Assembly (NCBI GenBank): GCA_036833965.1
Contig: DAITOW010000001.1
Location: 1-61,783 of the forward strand
Direction of reading: 5' to 3'
Length of the DNA: 61,783 nt
DNA from: Oleiphilaceae bacterium
GTDB taxonomy: Bacteria; Pseudomonadota; Gammaproteobacteria; Pseudomonadales; Oleiphilaceae
Made by a program: the position numbers and the translations under genes. This document shows, one piece after another, positions 36,188 to 46,703 of the stretch (its first letter is position 1; the number at the start of each line of letters is the position of its first letter). The notes under the pieces are model-generated. The model was not told the DNA's origin. It saw only the letters and a list, made by a program, of their open reading frames with translations, and did no database searches.

Positions 36188-37582
36188 TCAATTTTTGGCT
36201 TCGTCGCTCTTGCGACGCGGAATGCCCAGCTTTTGCCTTTTCTCCCAAAGACTTTTTCTGCTAATCCCCAGGTGACGGGCTAACTCTGTTTCGTTCATTT
36301 TTGATTGGTTTTCGAGCACAAATTGCTGGAAATAGTCTTCCATGGAGAGCGGCTTATTCATGTTGTGTACCGGATTACTTGTCGCCTGAACAGGCGCGTT
36401 ACTGCGAACAAGTCCCTGATTGAGCGATATTTCGGCAGGAGATGGCTCAATATCGAGTAAATCTGCGGTTATGAGGTTGTTTTCACAGAGAATAACGCCA
36501 CGCTCGATCGCATTTTCAAGTTCGCGCACGTTGCCCGGCCAATTATATTCCTGAATCGCACGAAGTGCGTCGGTACTTAGCTCAACTTCAGGTCTATTCA
36601 TTCTTTCCAGGGCGTTATTCAGTAGTAAGTGCGCCAAGCCGGTGATATCACGCCCTCTTTCCCTTAACGGTGGTAGACGAATCTGCACAACATTCAGGCG
36701 ATAATATAGGTCTTCACGAAATTGTCCGGTACGGGACAGGGCTTTGAGGTTTCGGTGTGTTGCAGCAATAAGTCGGACGTCTACCTTGCGTGAGGATATA
36801 GATCCGACGCGACGAATTTCTCCCTCTTGAAGGACGCGTAGAAGCCTTGCCTGAGCATCCAAAGGTAGCTCGCCGATTTCATCTAGAAACAGGGTGCCCC
36901 CGTCTGCAGCCTCTATCAGACCGGCACGTGCCGACACCGCCCCGGTAAATGCGCCTTTTTCGTGGCCAAATAGCTCTGATTCGATGAGGGATTCAGGAAT
37001 CGCTGCGCAGTTAATACACACAATTTCCTGATTGCTTCTTCGGCTAAGGTTGTGAATTGCCTTAGCAGCCAGCTCTTTACCGCTTCCTGTTTCGCCTTGA
37101 ATTAAAACGCTTGCTTCTGTTGGAGCAACCTTGTCGATCAAGCCAAAAACCTTGCGCATGGGCTCGCAGCGGCCAAAAATCATGCTGCTGGCATTTTGTG
37201 TTTGATCACTTTCTTGCGAGTCATTTCGTTTCGGCTGTTTCGCCAGAATGTCCTTAACAGAAGCGATTAGGTCGGACTCATCGTAGGGTTTGGCTATGTA
37301 GTCGACTGCGCCAAGTTTCATCGCATCCACCGCAGAGCGAAGGCTCGCAAAGCTTGCCATAACAAGTACGGGAATTTCGTGTGCAAGAGGAATGATGTCT
37401 GTTCCTGCCTGCCCGGAAACTCGGAGGTCGGTAATAATCAGATCAAAAGATGCGATCGGGAAGTTATCTACAGCCTGATTGATCGAATGGACGTTTTCCA
37501 CAGCGAAGTTATGCTCGGAAAGTATTTCGCCGAGCTCTGAATAACCGTTGTTTTCGTCTTCAATGACTAATATGCGCTGCAT
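36188..37582 (-). CDS. Sigma-54-dependent response regulator (NtrC family, CbrB-like)
   Basis: Receiver domain (ILVIEDE..IITDL..KP), AAA+ domain with GETGSGKE and the GAFTGA loop, and a C-terminal Fis-type HTH ending [26 protein letters not shown]. That tail resembles the CbrB tail as I recall it. Confidence 0.85.
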   Translation of the reverse strand: MQRILVIEDENNGYSELGEILSEHNFAVENVHSINQAVDNFPIASFDLIITDLRVSGQAGTDIIPLAHEIPVLVMASFASLRSAVDAMKLGAVDYIAKPYDESDLIASVKDILAKQPKRNDSQESDQTQNASSMIFGRCEPMRKVFGLIDKVAPTEASVLIQGETGSGKELAAKAIHNLSRRSNQEIVCINCAAIPESLIESELFGHEKGAFTGAVSARAGLIEAADGGTLFLDEIGELPLDAQARLLRVLQEGEIRRVGSISSRKVDVRLIAATHRNLKALSRTGQFREDLYYRLNVVQIRLPPLRERGRDITGLAHLLLNNALERMNRPEVELSTDALRAIQEYNWPGNVRELENAIERGVILCENNLITADLLDIEPSPAEISLNQGLVRSNAPVQATSNPVHNMNKPLSMEDYFQQFVLENQSKMNETELARHLGISRKSLWEKRQKLGIPRRKSDEAKN

Positions 37583-37646
37583 GACCGTTTCTGTTTTAGG
37601 TAAGTGTTACCATAATACCCAACAGAGTGCGGCTATGGCTAGCTAT

Positions 37647-38507
37647 CTACATGACATAATTGGTTTTGTTCCCTAGCGGAGCAAGTTCCCAATGTTTACT
37701 AAGTTCAGCCAGATAGTCCTCGGGGCTTTTCATCGCAGGGGTCGGCGGAATCAAGCCGAGCCAGTTGGCCAACGTCGAGAGGTTCGTCATGGGTGATTGG
37801 TCGTTAACGGCGGGTGCGAAATTCTGTTTTGAAAATTTCTGACCGTCCTTGTTAACAATGAGGGGGAAGTGTCCGAATTCTGGAGGTGTTACACCCAGAG
37901 CACGGTATAGAGCGATTTGCATCGGCGTAGAATCGCATAGATCGGCGCCGCGAATGACATGGCTGATGCCCTGGTCTATGTCATCTGCGACCACGGCGAG
38001 TTGATAGGAATACAAACCGTCTCGTCGCTTAAGAACAAAGTCACTTTCGATGCTTCGTTTCTGGGGCCCAAGAATCAGGTCAGTCCATTGCTGCGTCTTA
38101 CTCTGGGCGCGAAATCTCAGCGCACAGTCATCAGTTCGCTTGCCTGTGTATTTGCCGCAAGATGGCAGGTGCGCCCCCTTATTTTCGTCAAGTTGTTTGC
38201 GGCTACATGGACATGCATAACAGAGCCCTTTGTCGAGGAGTTTGGTCAGGGTGGCTTCGTAGAGATCGGAGCATGCTGATTGATACCTGATTTCCCGATC
38301 CCAATGAAAACCGTGAAGATCAAGTGTGCGGAGAATTCTGTCGGTCGCTCCGGCTTGTTCGCGAGGGGGGTCGATATCTTCTATGCGAACGAGCCATTGA
38401 CCATGATTTTTACGAGCATCCAAATAGCTAACAAGCGCAGCAAGCAGTGAGCCCATGTGAAGAGGGCCTGTAGGGGAGGGTGCAAATCTGCCGGTATATT
38501 CGGGCAT
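37647..38507 (-). CDS. gluQ: tRNA glutamyl-Q(34) synthetase
   Basis: 286 aa truncated GluRS paralogue with GRFAPSPTGPLHMGSL (HIGH region). Immediately downstream of dksA. Confidence 0.88.
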   Translation of the reverse strand: MPEYTGRFAPSPTGPLHMGSLLAALVSYLDARKNHGQWLVRIEDIDPPREQAGATDRILRTLDLHGFHWDREIRYQSACSDLYEATLTKLLDKGLCYACPCSRKQLDENKGAHLPSCGKYTGKRTDDCALRFRAQSKTQQWTDLILGPQKRSIESDFVLKRRDGLYSYQLAVVADDIDQGISHVIRGADLCDSTPMQIALYRALGVTPPEFGHFPLIVNKDGQKFSKQNFAPAVNDQSPMTNLSTLANWLGLIPPTPAMKSPEDYLAELSKHWELAPLGNKTNYVM

Positions 38508-38513
38508 TATAAT

Positions 38514-38534
38514 GAGGGGTGATTTTCACACCCC
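38514..38534 (-). other. Hairpin between dksA and gluQ
   Basis: AGGGGTG-N7-CACCCCT ends 7 nt upstream of the gluQ ATG and has no T-run. A dksA-gluQ intergenic terminator or structure is described in Shigella, by recall. Confidence 0.4.
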
Positions 38535-38562
38535 TGATTAAGTGCAAGCTAATTGAATCGGA

Positions 38563-39000
38563 CTATATGCCTACCTGGCTCTCTTTTATCTCAGCCAGAG
38601 TTTTACAGTCGATACATTGTGTCGCGGTCGGACGAGCTTCCAGGCGACGGATGCCAATTTCGATACCGCAGGACTCACAGAAGCCATATTCATCGGCCTC
38701 AATTGCGTCAATCGTTTTGTCGATCTTCTTGATCAGTTTGCGTTCACGATCCCGTGTACGAAGCTCCAGGCTAAACTCTTCTTCTTGAGTAGCACGATCT
38801 GCTGGATCGGCAAAATTGGAAGCGTCTTCCTTCATGTGACCAACAGTGCGGTCTACCTCTTCCATAAGTTCCCGCTTCCATTGCAGAAGAATTTGTTTGA
38901 AATGCTGAAGTTGCGCTTCGCTCATGTACTCTTCATCTGAGGAAGGCTCGTAAGGTACGAACGAAGAAAATACGTCTGTTTTGTTTTCTGTTGCCGGCAT
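38563..39000 (-). CDS. dksA: RNA polymerase-binding transcription factor DksA
   Basis: ATG 39000; the ORF-track start 39045 is a TTG extension. Coiled-coil tip DxxDxA (FADPADRATQEEEF) and C4 zinc finger CESCGIEIGIRRLEARPTATQCIDC. Confidence 0.92.
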   Translation of the reverse strand: MPATENKTDVFSSFVPYEPSSDEEYMSEAQLQHFKQILLQWKRELMEEVDRTVGHMKEDASNFADPADRATQEEEFSLELRTRDRERKLIKKIDKTIDAIEADEYGFCESCGIEIGIRRLEARPTATQCIDCKTLAEIKESQVGI

Positions 39001-39158
39001 AGCGTGATCTCTTTTTTCTTTCAAATACTGCACTCGAGTGGACAAGCCGGGTCCTTCGAGCGCATGTTTTGGCTCTTATTATCAAGCCAGTGTTAGCCTG
39101 CGAACGCTATCAGAAAGTTTTTAAATGCGCTATCACTTTGTTTGCGGAGCGCGACTAA

Positions 39159-39509
39159 TTACCCATTTGTGCTGAAATGATCCATGACTTCGACTAAAAC
39201 CTGTTCTGCCTCTACTTTTACGGGGAGCGCTTTCAGGCTTTGATTCAGGCAAGGTCCATGGATACAAAGGCCGCTATCAATTTCAAATAAGGCACCATGC
39301 ATAGAACACTGGATATACTTCAGATCTGTATCGAGGAACTTGTCTTTAGAAAATTCAAGATTCATCCCAATGTGCGGGCAACTGTTTTGGTACGCATATA
39401 CATAGGGCTCTCTGTAAACGACAAAACCCTCTATCTGCCCTGCCGAAAACCCCAATGTTATTGCGTCTTTTAATTCGGATAAACGACATACCGGATGAAA
39501 CGAAGACAT
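39159..39509 (-). CDS. Small Rieske [2Fe-2S] domain protein
   Basis: Rieske ligands CPHIG...CSMHGALF. ATG 39509 is preferred over TTG 39536. Confidence 0.7.
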   Translation of the reverse strand: MSSFHPVCRLSELKDAITLGFSAGQIEGFVVYREPYVYAYQNSCPHIGMNLEFSKDKFLDTDLKYIQCSMHGALFEIDSGLCIHGPCLNQSLKALPVKVEAEQVLVEVMDHFSTNG

Positions 39510-39567
39510 AAACAAGCCGTGACTCTCAAAAAACAACTATAATAGTGCGCCAAACGGATTACTTGAA

Positions 39568-39942
39568 GTGATGTGCATGTTTAAAACCTTCCTGCTGGTA
39601 GACGATAGCCCGATTTCCAGAGTGATGCTGAAGAGCCTGATTGAGGATAACTTTGATGGCGTGTCCGTTTTTGAGGCTGAGACTGCCGAAGACGCTCTCG
39701 AGAAATGTCGCGACGGGAACTTCGATGCCATCTTTCTTGATTTGAATATGCCTGGACAGGACGGTCTAACGGTCGCGCCCAAATTGCGCGAACTGTGTCC
39801 ACAGGTCAGCATCGCCCTGTTAACGGCTAACTTTCAGGAGCGGGTAAAAATCAAGGCTGAAGAGCAGGGGTTGCGGTTTTATGCAAAGCCTGTGACGCTG
39901 GATATCGTTCAGGATTTTATGGCTCGCCAAGATGCTCTTTAG
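39568..39942 (+). CDS. Stand-alone CheY-like response regulator receiver
   Basis: LLVDDS, phospho-acceptor FLDLNMPG, LLTAN, YAKP. Start ambiguous (GTG 39568, ATG 39571 or ATG 39577). Confidence 0.8.
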   Translation: MMCMFKTFLLVDDSPISRVMLKSLIEDNFDGVSVFEAETAEDALEKCRDGNFDAIFLDLNMPGQDGLTVAPKLRELCPQVSIALLTANFQERVKIKAEEQGLRFYAKPVTLDIVQDFMARQDAL

Positions 39943-40035
39943 GCCTTCCCTTTACTGAACAGCTTGTAAGCTGCAAACTAAGCGCTAGTCGCATATCCTT
40001 CTTATATAACTTCAGGCTTGGACCAGTAAAACTTT

Positions 40036-40608
40036 ATGGCACAGCAAATTCTCAACCTTGTTCTTGATACCGTTACCTACTTGTATCTGTTCGTCATTCT
40101 ACTCAGATTTATCCTTCAGGTATCCCGGGCGGATTTTTATAACCCGATCTCACAGTTTGTAGTAAAGGCGACCAACCCGGTCGTTGTTCCTTTAAGAAGA
40201 GTGATTCCCGGTTTGGGTGGATTTGATATAGCGACCATTGTGTTTGCGCTAGTCTTCCAGCTGATCATGTTGAGCCTGAAGTTCCTGATCCTGGCCGGAG
40301 GACTTCCACAAATCGGCTCTCTCATCGCTTTAACCGTTATTTTGGTGATTGGCATGGTATTGAAGTTATATTTCTTTGCCTTGCTGATTATGATCATCGC
40401 GAGTTGGATTGCGCCGGGAAGTGCAAATCCGGCACTTGCGCTAATTAACCAGATTTGTGAGCCTGTTATGGCGCCATTTCGCAAATTGTTCACAGCAATG
40501 GGAGGCTTGGACTTGTCGCCAATTCTGGTTTTCCTTGTTCTTCAAGTGTTGGGTATTGTGCTTAATGGTCTGAGCCAGCAGTTCGGCATGTCATTTAGCC
40601 TACTTTAG
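40036..40608 (+). CDS. yggT: YggT-family membrane protein (two YGGT repeats)
   Basis: 190 aa with 4-5 TM helices and duplicated YGGT-type segments (NPISQFVVKATNPVVVPLRR and the ICEPVMAPFRK region). Confidence 0.75.
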   Translation: MAQQILNLVLDTVTYLYLFVILLRFILQVSRADFYNPISQFVVKATNPVVVPLRRVIPGLGGFDIATIVFALVFQLIMLSLKFLILAGGLPQIGSLIALTVILVIGMVLKLYFFALLIMIIASWIAPGSANPALALINQICEPVMAPFRKLFTAMGGLDLSPILVFLVLQVLGIVLNGLSQQFGMSFSLL

Positions 40609-40730
40609 TGTCGTAGATCTCTCTTTTAACCGGATACGCTACACAATTTAACGCTTGAGCATTAGGAATTTCCCAATCCTATCTATACTGAACTTATAAG
40701 TAGTAAGTTGTAGAAAGGTAGTAAGCAGCG

Positions 40731-42659
40731 ATGGTGATGGCGGAAAAAGTGAGTTCGCTCGATAAAATAGACAGTTTTTACAACTGGAAGCACGGATTGC
40801 TTGAGCAAATCGAAGCATATCGAGTCTGGTTGTCCGAGACGCAGATGGCGTCGGAGGACATGCTTAACCGGTTGGTTCGAGCGAGTAGCGCATTAAAACA
40901 AGATGAACTGACGATCGCCTTCGTTGGAGAGTTTTCCCGCGGTAAAACCGAACTTATTAACGCCTTACTCCTCTCTGATTACCAACAGCGGATTCTTCCC
41001 TCTAAAGCAGGCCGGACAACAATGTGTCCGACCGAGCTGTTTTATGATCGGGCTCAAAATCGGTCCTATCTTCGTTTGCTACCTATTGAGAGTCGGCGTT
41101 TAAATCTGACGATTTCCGAGATGAAGGCGAAACCGGATCTCTGGGATGAATTTTCCGTCGATAGTCATCGACCTGAAGACATGGCGACAGTGCTTCAGAA
41201 AGTTGCCGAGGTTGTCTCGGTTGATGAAAGCGAAGCCAAAGCTTTGGGTTTCAATGGCGCGACGCTTGAGCGCGACCCGTCCAAGACAAATAAAGTATTA
41301 ATTCCACGCTGGAGGCATGCGGAACTCAGTTTCAAACATCCTCTGCTAGAGCAAGGATTGCGCATACTGGATACACCTGGACTGAACGCATTGGGTTCTG
41401 AGCCTGAATTGACAGTAAGTATGATTCCAAACGCACAGGCGGTGGTGTTTATGCTTTCTGCAGATGCAGGTGTGACGGCAAGTGACATGCAGATGTGGAC
41501 GGATCATATTGCCAAAACGGACCAAGAACAGAACAAAAGCTGTTACGCCGTTTTAAACAAGATCGATGTTTTGTGGGATGATTTGCAAGGTGAGACACAT
41601 ACGGCTGCTTCGATAGAGCGCGTGCGTCAGGATACTGCACAAAGACTAGGCATTGCGCCAGAGTTTGTTTTACCTGTTTCAGCCAAAAAGGCTTTGCTTG
41701 CCAAGGTCAACGAAGATCAGGTTCTGTTGCATAAGAGTGGCCTTGCGAAGTTTGAAAAGCTACTGGTCGATCAATTGGTTGAAACCCGAGAAAGGTTACT
41801 ATACGAATCTGCTATCGCGGACATATCCTCTCTCGTAGAAAGCAGCGAAAAGGTGATTACCCATCGTATTCAGCGCGCATCGGACGACCTCGAGCAATTT
41901 CGGGGTGGCTTACAGGATACTGAATCGCTCAACGAGTTGGCTGATAAAACCCAGATTGCCCACAATGACTTTTACAAGAAGCTGGTCGCATTAAGATCAA
42001 GTCGACGCCTGATGATGTCGCAAAAAGATATTCTGAATGATCTTATTGGGCTGCAAAAATTTGATGCGCTCGCTACTGATGTGCGAACTGCAATGCAGGA
42101 TTCCTGGAGCACCAAAGGTTTGATCCGGGCGATGACTCGCTTTTTCGACGAGCTTGATCGCATTCTAGATGATCTGATGGTTGAAATACGCGTCGCTGAG
42201 AAGATGGTGCAAACCATGTACGCGCGCTTCAAGAACGACCACAATGCAGATCATCTCCATCCGATCAGTTTTTCTATTAAAAAGTATCGGTCGAAACTTG
42301 CTGACATTAAAAGTGGCTTCGCAAAATATAGGCGCAATCCAAAATTGATTGTTACCGAGCAGACACTCGTCATTCGCCATTTTAAAAATGCTTTTGTCCA
42401 TGACGCGAGAAATGTCTACGAAGCGCTGAGCGAGGACGCTCTCTGCTGGGCCGATGATGCGCTTTTGCCTTTGCTGCAATACACCGTTGAGCAAAAACAG
42501 GGTTTGCAGGAGCAACTCGAAAGTGTGAGAGACCTTGCAAAGGACCAAAAAGGAAAGCGTGAGGCCTGCGAATCGATGGAGCAGGCGATCGAGCGGATGC
42601 AGCAGCAAAAAGCCTTTACACATCAAATTGCCCAGCAATTGCACGCGCATCCGAAGTAG
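40731..42659 (+). CDS. Dynamin-family GTPase (bacterial dynamin-like protein)
   Basis: G1 GEFSRGKTELINAL, G2 region GRTTMCPTE, G3 DTPGLNA, G4 LNKID. A long helical C-terminal half (~400 aa) has no obvious TM segment. Confidence 0.75.
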   Translation: MVMAEKVSSLDKIDSFYNWKHGLLEQIEAYRVWLSETQMASEDMLNRLVRASSALKQDELTIAFVGEFSRGKTELINALLLSDYQQRILPSKAGRTTMCPTELFYDRAQNRSYLRLLPIESRRLNLTISEMKAKPDLWDEFSVDSHRPEDMATVLQKVAEVVSVDESEAKALGFNGATLERDPSKTNKVLIPRWRHAELSFKHPLLEQGLRILDTPGLNALGSEPELTVSMIPNAQAVVFMLSADAGVTASDMQMWTDHIAKTDQEQNKSCYAVLNKIDVLWDDLQGETHTAASIERVRQDTAQRLGIAPEFVLPVSAKKALLAKVNEDQVLLHKSGLAKFEKLLVDQLVETRERLLYESAIADISSLVESSEKVITHRIQRASDDLEQFRGGLQDTESLNELADKTQIAHNDFYKKLVALRSSRRLMMSQKDILNDLIGLQKFDALATDVRTAMQDSWSTKGLIRAMTRFFDELDRILDDLMVEIRVAEKMVQTMYARFKNDHNADHLHPISFSIKKYRSKLADIKSGFAKYRRNPKLIVTEQTLVIRHFKNAFVHDARNVYEALSEDALCWADDALLPLLQYTVEQKQGLQEQLESVRDLAKDQKGKREACESMEQAIERMQQQKAFTHQIAQQLHAHPK

Positions 42660-42742
42660 CGGGGTTGCAAGTTGCGTTGCCTGTAATGCACGTTTACACT
42701 CCGCACTCATCGCTCCGATAATATTCAGGGAATAATGCGCAC

Positions 42743-43879
42743 GTGTCAGCGGACTCGGTAGGGCTGGTTGAGCCCAAAACCCACCACTTTGATCAAGCTC
42801 TCAAGCTCGACTGTGGCAGAACTCTGCCTCAGTACGATCTTATTTATGAAACCTATGGCAAACTTAATGACAGTTGCTCCAATGCGATTCTGATCTGTCA
42901 TGCATTAAGTGGTGATCACCACGCTGCAGGTTATCACTCCGAAGAGGATAAAAAGCCGGGTTGGTGGGATAGTTGTATAGGTCCGGGAAAGCCGATCGAC
43001 ACCAATGTGTTTTTTGTCGTGTCCTTGAACAACCTTGGCGGTTGTCGCGGAAGTACTGGCCCAACTAGCATTGATCCTGACACCGGCGAGATTTACGGCC
43101 CTGATTTTCCGATTGTCACGGTAAGAGACTGGGTAGAGAGTCAAGCCCGACTTGCCGATGTTTTGGGGATTGATGTCTGGGCGGCTGTTGTTGGTGGCAG
43201 TTTGGGTGGCATGCAGGCGCTGAGGTGGTCTCTCGATTATCCGGATCGAGTCAAGCACGCGGTCGTCATTGCCTCGACGCCGAAGCTCACTGCGCAAAAT
43301 ATTGCTTTCAACGAGATTGCCCGAAAAGCGATTACATCAGATCCGGCCTTTCATGAAGGTCGTTATTACCAGCATGATACCGTGCCAGTCAAAGGCCTTA
43401 TGTTGGCTCGCATGATCGGCCATATCACCTATCTTTCGGATGAGGTAATGGGCGAGAAGTTCGGCCGTATTAAAAAGTCGGAAGAGTTTAACTTCGGTTA
43501 CGGTGTTGAATTTGAAATAGAGTCTTATCTTAATTATCAAGGTAAGCGGTTTTCAAAAACCTTTGATGCCAATACCTATTTGCTCATGACACGAGCACTG
43601 GATTATTTTGATCCGGCTGGAGACTACGACGGTGACTTGGTGAGAGCGCTTGAACCGGCACGATGCGGTTATTTTGTTGTCTCGTTCAGCACCGACTGGC
43701 GATTCGCGCCCGAGCGCTCCGAACAAATGGTCGAAGCAATGATAAAGGCGGGCAAGCCGGTAAGTTATTGTGAAATCGATGCGCCGCATGGGCACGATGC
43801 CTTCTTAATCCCAAGTCCCCGTTATATGGCAGCCTTTACCGCTTATATGCACCGTGTTGCCAGGGAGTTGGAGCTATGA
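42743..43879 (+). CDS. metX: Homoserine O-acyltransferase (MetX; probably succinyl-specific as in Pseudomonas)
   Basis: GTG start. [19 protein letters not shown], nucleophile [11 protein letters not shown]-terminal HGHDAFL. metW follows. Confidence 0.9.
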   Translation: MSADSVGLVEPKTHHFDQALKLDCGRTLPQYDLIYETYGKLNDSCSNAILICHALSGDHHAAGYHSEEDKKPGWWDSCIGPGKPIDTNVFFVVSLNNLGGCRGSTGPTSIDPDTGEIYGPDFPIVTVRDWVESQARLADVLGIDVWAAVVGGSLGGMQALRWSLDYPDRVKHAVVIASTPKLTAQNIAFNEIARKAITSDPAFHEGRYYQHDTVPVKGLMLARMIGHITYLSDEVMGEKFGRIKKSEEFNFGYGVEFEIESYLNYQGKRFSKTFDANTYLLMTRALDYFDPAGDYDGDLVRALEPARCGYFVVSFSTDWRFAPERSEQMVEAMIKAGKPVSYCEIDAPHGHDAFLIPSPRYMAAFTAYMHRVARELEL

Positions 43880-44472
43880 GAGGTGATTTGAAGATCATCA
43901 GCCCTTGGGTTGAAGCCAATTCCACCGTATTGGATTTGGGTTGCGGTGACGGCAGCTTGCTTGCACACCTTCAGAAGGAGAAGCAGGTCAAAGGTTACGG
44001 TTTGGAGATTGACCCGAACCAGATTACTCGCTGTATCGAGAATGGCGTAAATGTGATTGAACACGATCTTGATGCCAAAGGCTTGTCCACCTTTCAGGAC
44101 AAGCAGTTCGATACAGTCATCATGACACAGGCACTTCAAGCCGTGCGTCGACCTGATGTAATGCTAGAAGAGATGCTTCGGCTTGGTCGACAGGGCATTG
44201 TGACCTTCCCTAACTTTGGTCATTGGCGCTGCCGGCAGTATTTGTTGTTCAACGGTAAGATGCCGATGTCCAAGACCTTGCCGCACACATGGTATAACAC
44301 GCCGAACATTCATTTGTGCACCTTCAAAGATTTCGAGATTCTTTGCGACCAAAAGCATATTCGAATCGTAAACAGATTAGTGGTCAATGACGAGTTCCGC
44401 GAAAAGAGTTTGGCTCGGATTTGGCCCAACATGCTTGCTGAGTTTGCGGTTTACCGCATTGAACGAAAGTAA
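43876..44472 (+). CDS. metW: Methionine biosynthesis protein MetW
   Basis: ATGA overlap with metX. SAM-MTase-like motif VLDLGCGDG; 198 aa. Confidence 0.9.
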   Translation: MRGDLKIISPWVEANSTVLDLGCGDGSLLAHLQKEKQVKGYGLEIDPNQITRCIENGVNVIEHDLDAKGLSTFQDKQFDTVIMTQALQAVRRPDVMLEEMLRLGRQGIVTFPNFGHWRCRQYLLFNGKMPMSKTLPHTWYNTPNIHLCTFKDFEILCDQKHIRIVNRLVVNDEFREKSLARIWPNMLAEFAVYRIERK

Positions 44473-44488
44473 TTCCGGGGAACGCGCT

Positions 44489-44956
44489 ATGAATTTTCGA
44501 AGTATTGGGCAACTTATCTGTTGTTTTTTCCTTACAGCATTGTTTTCGGTACCGTCTTTTGCAGAGCAAAAAAAAGTGTTTGCTGCGCCAGATGGCACCG
44601 AGTACGAAGTGCACTACATAGCCTTTAACAGTACCTTTTTGCAGCCTGAAATTGCCAAGCAATATAACCTGACACGAAGCAAGGCTTTGGGAGTGGTGAA
44701 TGTCAGCGTATTGAAAGTGAATGAGAATGGAAGCCGGGAGGCTGTTGGCGCTCTTGTGAATATGAACGCAAAAAACGACATCCAGCAGGTCCAGCACTTG
44801 AGCATGCAGCAGGTCATTGAAGGCAAGGCAATTTATTACATTGCTCAAATACAATTCCGCGAGGGGGAGATCCTCACTTTTGATATTTCGGTTTTCCCCC
44901 AGGGTGTCACGGACCCTTTTCAGCTGAGATTCAGCCATAACTTCTTCAACGATTGA
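44489..44956 (+). CDS. DUF4426-like periplasmic protein
   Basis: ATG 44489 with signal peptide [25 protein letters not shown]. The ORF-track start 44387 overlaps metW. It holds the same metW-rdgB interposed position as in Pseudomonas, by recall. Confidence 0.6.
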   Translation: MNFRSIGQLICCFFLTALFSVPSFAEQKKVFAAPDGTEYEVHYIAFNSTFLQPEIAKQYNLTRSKALGVVNVSVLKVNENGSREAVGALVNMNAKNDIQQVQHLSMQQVIEGKAIYYIAQIQFREGEILTFDISVFPQGVTDPFQLRFSHNFFND

Positions 44957-44964
44957 GTGTGCGA

Positions 44965-45567
44965 ATGGATATTGTGATTGCCAGTGGTAATGCCGGAAAA
45001 CTCAAAGAGTTTGCATCATTACTCGAAGGCGCGGATATCCGGGTTCTTTCGCAGGCGGATTTAGGCATAGAGGGAGCGGAAGAAACCGGGTTAACTTTCA
45101 TAGAAAACGCTATTTTGAAGGCGCGGCATGCGGCTGCAGAGAGCGGTAAAGCAGCGCTGGCTGATGACTCGGGCCTGGCGGTAGATGCATTGCAAGGTGC
45201 CCCCGGGATTTATTCCGCGCGTTACAGTGGTCCTGAAGCAACCGATCAAAGCAATATTGTCGCTTTGTTGGATGCGCTCAAAGATGTACCTTCGGAACAA
45301 CGTCAGGCGCAGTTTCACTGTGTGTTAGTGTTTGTGCGTCACGCACAGGATCCGACACCTTTGGTTTGTCATGGTGTTTGGGAAGGGCTGATTGCGCAAC
45401 AACCCTCAGGCAATGGTGGTTTTGGTTACGATCCGGTGTTCTGGATCCCGGATCTGAACTGTACGGCAGCCGATCTGACGCGTGAGCAAAAGTCCGAGAT
45501 CAGTCATCGAGGAAAAGCCTTGCGACAGTTGCGCGAGTTGTTACCTGTCCTGCAGAAAAAGCATTAG
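44965..45567 (+). CDS. rdgB: Non-canonical purine NTP (dITP/XTP) pyrophosphatase
   Basis: [41 protein letters not shown] 44965 is preferred over TTG 44953. Confidence 0.9.
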   Translation: MDIVIASGNAGKLKEFASLLEGADIRVLSQADLGIEGAEETGLTFIENAILKARHAAAESGKAALADDSGLAVDALQGAPGIYSARYSGPEATDQSNIVALLDALKDVPSEQRQAQFHCVLVFVRHAQDPTPLVCHGVWEGLIAQQPSGNGGFGYDPVFWIPDLNCTAADLTREQKSEISHRGKALRQLRELLPVLQKKH

Positions 45568-45575
45568 GAACAACA

Positions 45576-46703
45576 TTGCACCTCCCGCTTCTAAGTTTGT
45601 ACATACATCTGCCCTGGTGTGTGAAGAAATGCCCTTACTGTGACTTTAATTCGCACGCCAAAACAGAAATACCAGAAGAGCTTTATCTGCAAGCGCTTGT
45701 AAAAGACCTTGAACAAGATTTGCCATATGTTCAGGGCAGGGCCATCCATAGTATTTTCTTTGGTGGTGGCACACCGAGTCTAATGAGCGGTGACTTCTAC
45801 CTCAAACTATTTGAGCTCCTTAGAGCCCGGCTCGAGTTTGAGCCTGATATTGAGATCACTCTGGAAGCAAATCCTGGGGCGAGCGATGCAGGCCACTTTA
45901 AAGAGTATGCCCGTGCGGGTATCAATCGGATTTCCCTTGGCGTGCAGAGTTTTCAGAATTCTCAGTTGGAAGCATTGGGTCGTATTCACCGTACAGACCA
46001 TATCTACAAGGCGGTTGATGCGATAGGCGCAGCAGGCATTGATAATTTTAATATCGATTTGATGCATGGTTTGCCTGGCCAAACGATTGATCTGGCGCTT
46101 GATGATCTGCAAAAGGCATTTGAACTGCAGCCAAACCACATTAGTTGGTATCAGCTCACCATTGAGCCGAATACCGAGTTTTTCTCCAGACCACCGGCAT
46201 TGCCAGAGGACGAACTGTTGTGGGATATCCTTGAACAGGGTTCGCTGCTATTGGCGCAACAGGGATATGAGCAATATGAGGTTTCTGCGTATGCTAAAGC
46301 GTCGCGTAAGGCCCGGCATAATCTGAACTACTGGCGCTTTGGCGATTACATCGGTTTGGGTGCCGGGGCTCATTCCAAAATAAGTCTGCTTGATAGTGGG
46401 CACTTACTCCGTTATCGAAAGTCGCGTATGCCCGATGCGTACATGGCTGATCGAATACAATATCGGGTAGGCCAGGAGCGGATCGAGCCTGAGGCACAGG
46501 CTTTTGAATTTATGATGAATGCGCTTCGTCTAAAAGACGGTGTTGAGGAAACGCTGTTTGAGGATCGGACCGAATTAAGTTTGTCGGATATTTCTGCAAC
46601 ATTAGGAAAGTTACGCTCCGAGGGCTTAATGCTACCGGAGCGTATCCAATTGACCGAACGAGGATTTATGTTCCTTAACTCGGTGCTTGAACGCTTTTTA
46701 TAA
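45576..46703 (+). CDS. hemW: Radical SAM heme chaperone HemW (HemN-like)
   Basis: [19 protein letters not shown] (CxxxCxxC); 375 aa. Downstream of rdgB. Confidence 0.88.
   Translation: MHLPLLSLYIHLPWCVKKCPYCDFNSHAKTEIPEELYLQALVKDLEQDLPYVQGRAIHSIFFGGGTPSLMSGDFYLKLFELLRARLEFEPDIEITLEANPGASDAGHFKEYARAGINRISLGVQSFQNSQLEALGRIHRTDHIYKAVDAIGAAGIDNFNIDLMHGLPGQTIDLALDDLQKAFELQPNHISWYQLTIEPNTEFFSRPPALPEDELLWDILEQGSLLLAQQGYEQYEVSAYAKASRKARHNLNYWRFGDYIGLGAGAHSKISLLDSGHLLRYRKSRMPDAYMADRIQYRVGQERIEPEAQAFEFMMNALRLKDGVEETLFEDRTELSLSDISATLGKLRSEGLMLPERIQLTERGFMFLNSVLERFL

Noticed and set aside
42660-42742. Possible SAM or methionine riboswitch upstream of metX.
   Set aside because: The spacer is only 83 bp, and I can see no recognisable conserved riboswitch core or terminator/anti-terminator pair.
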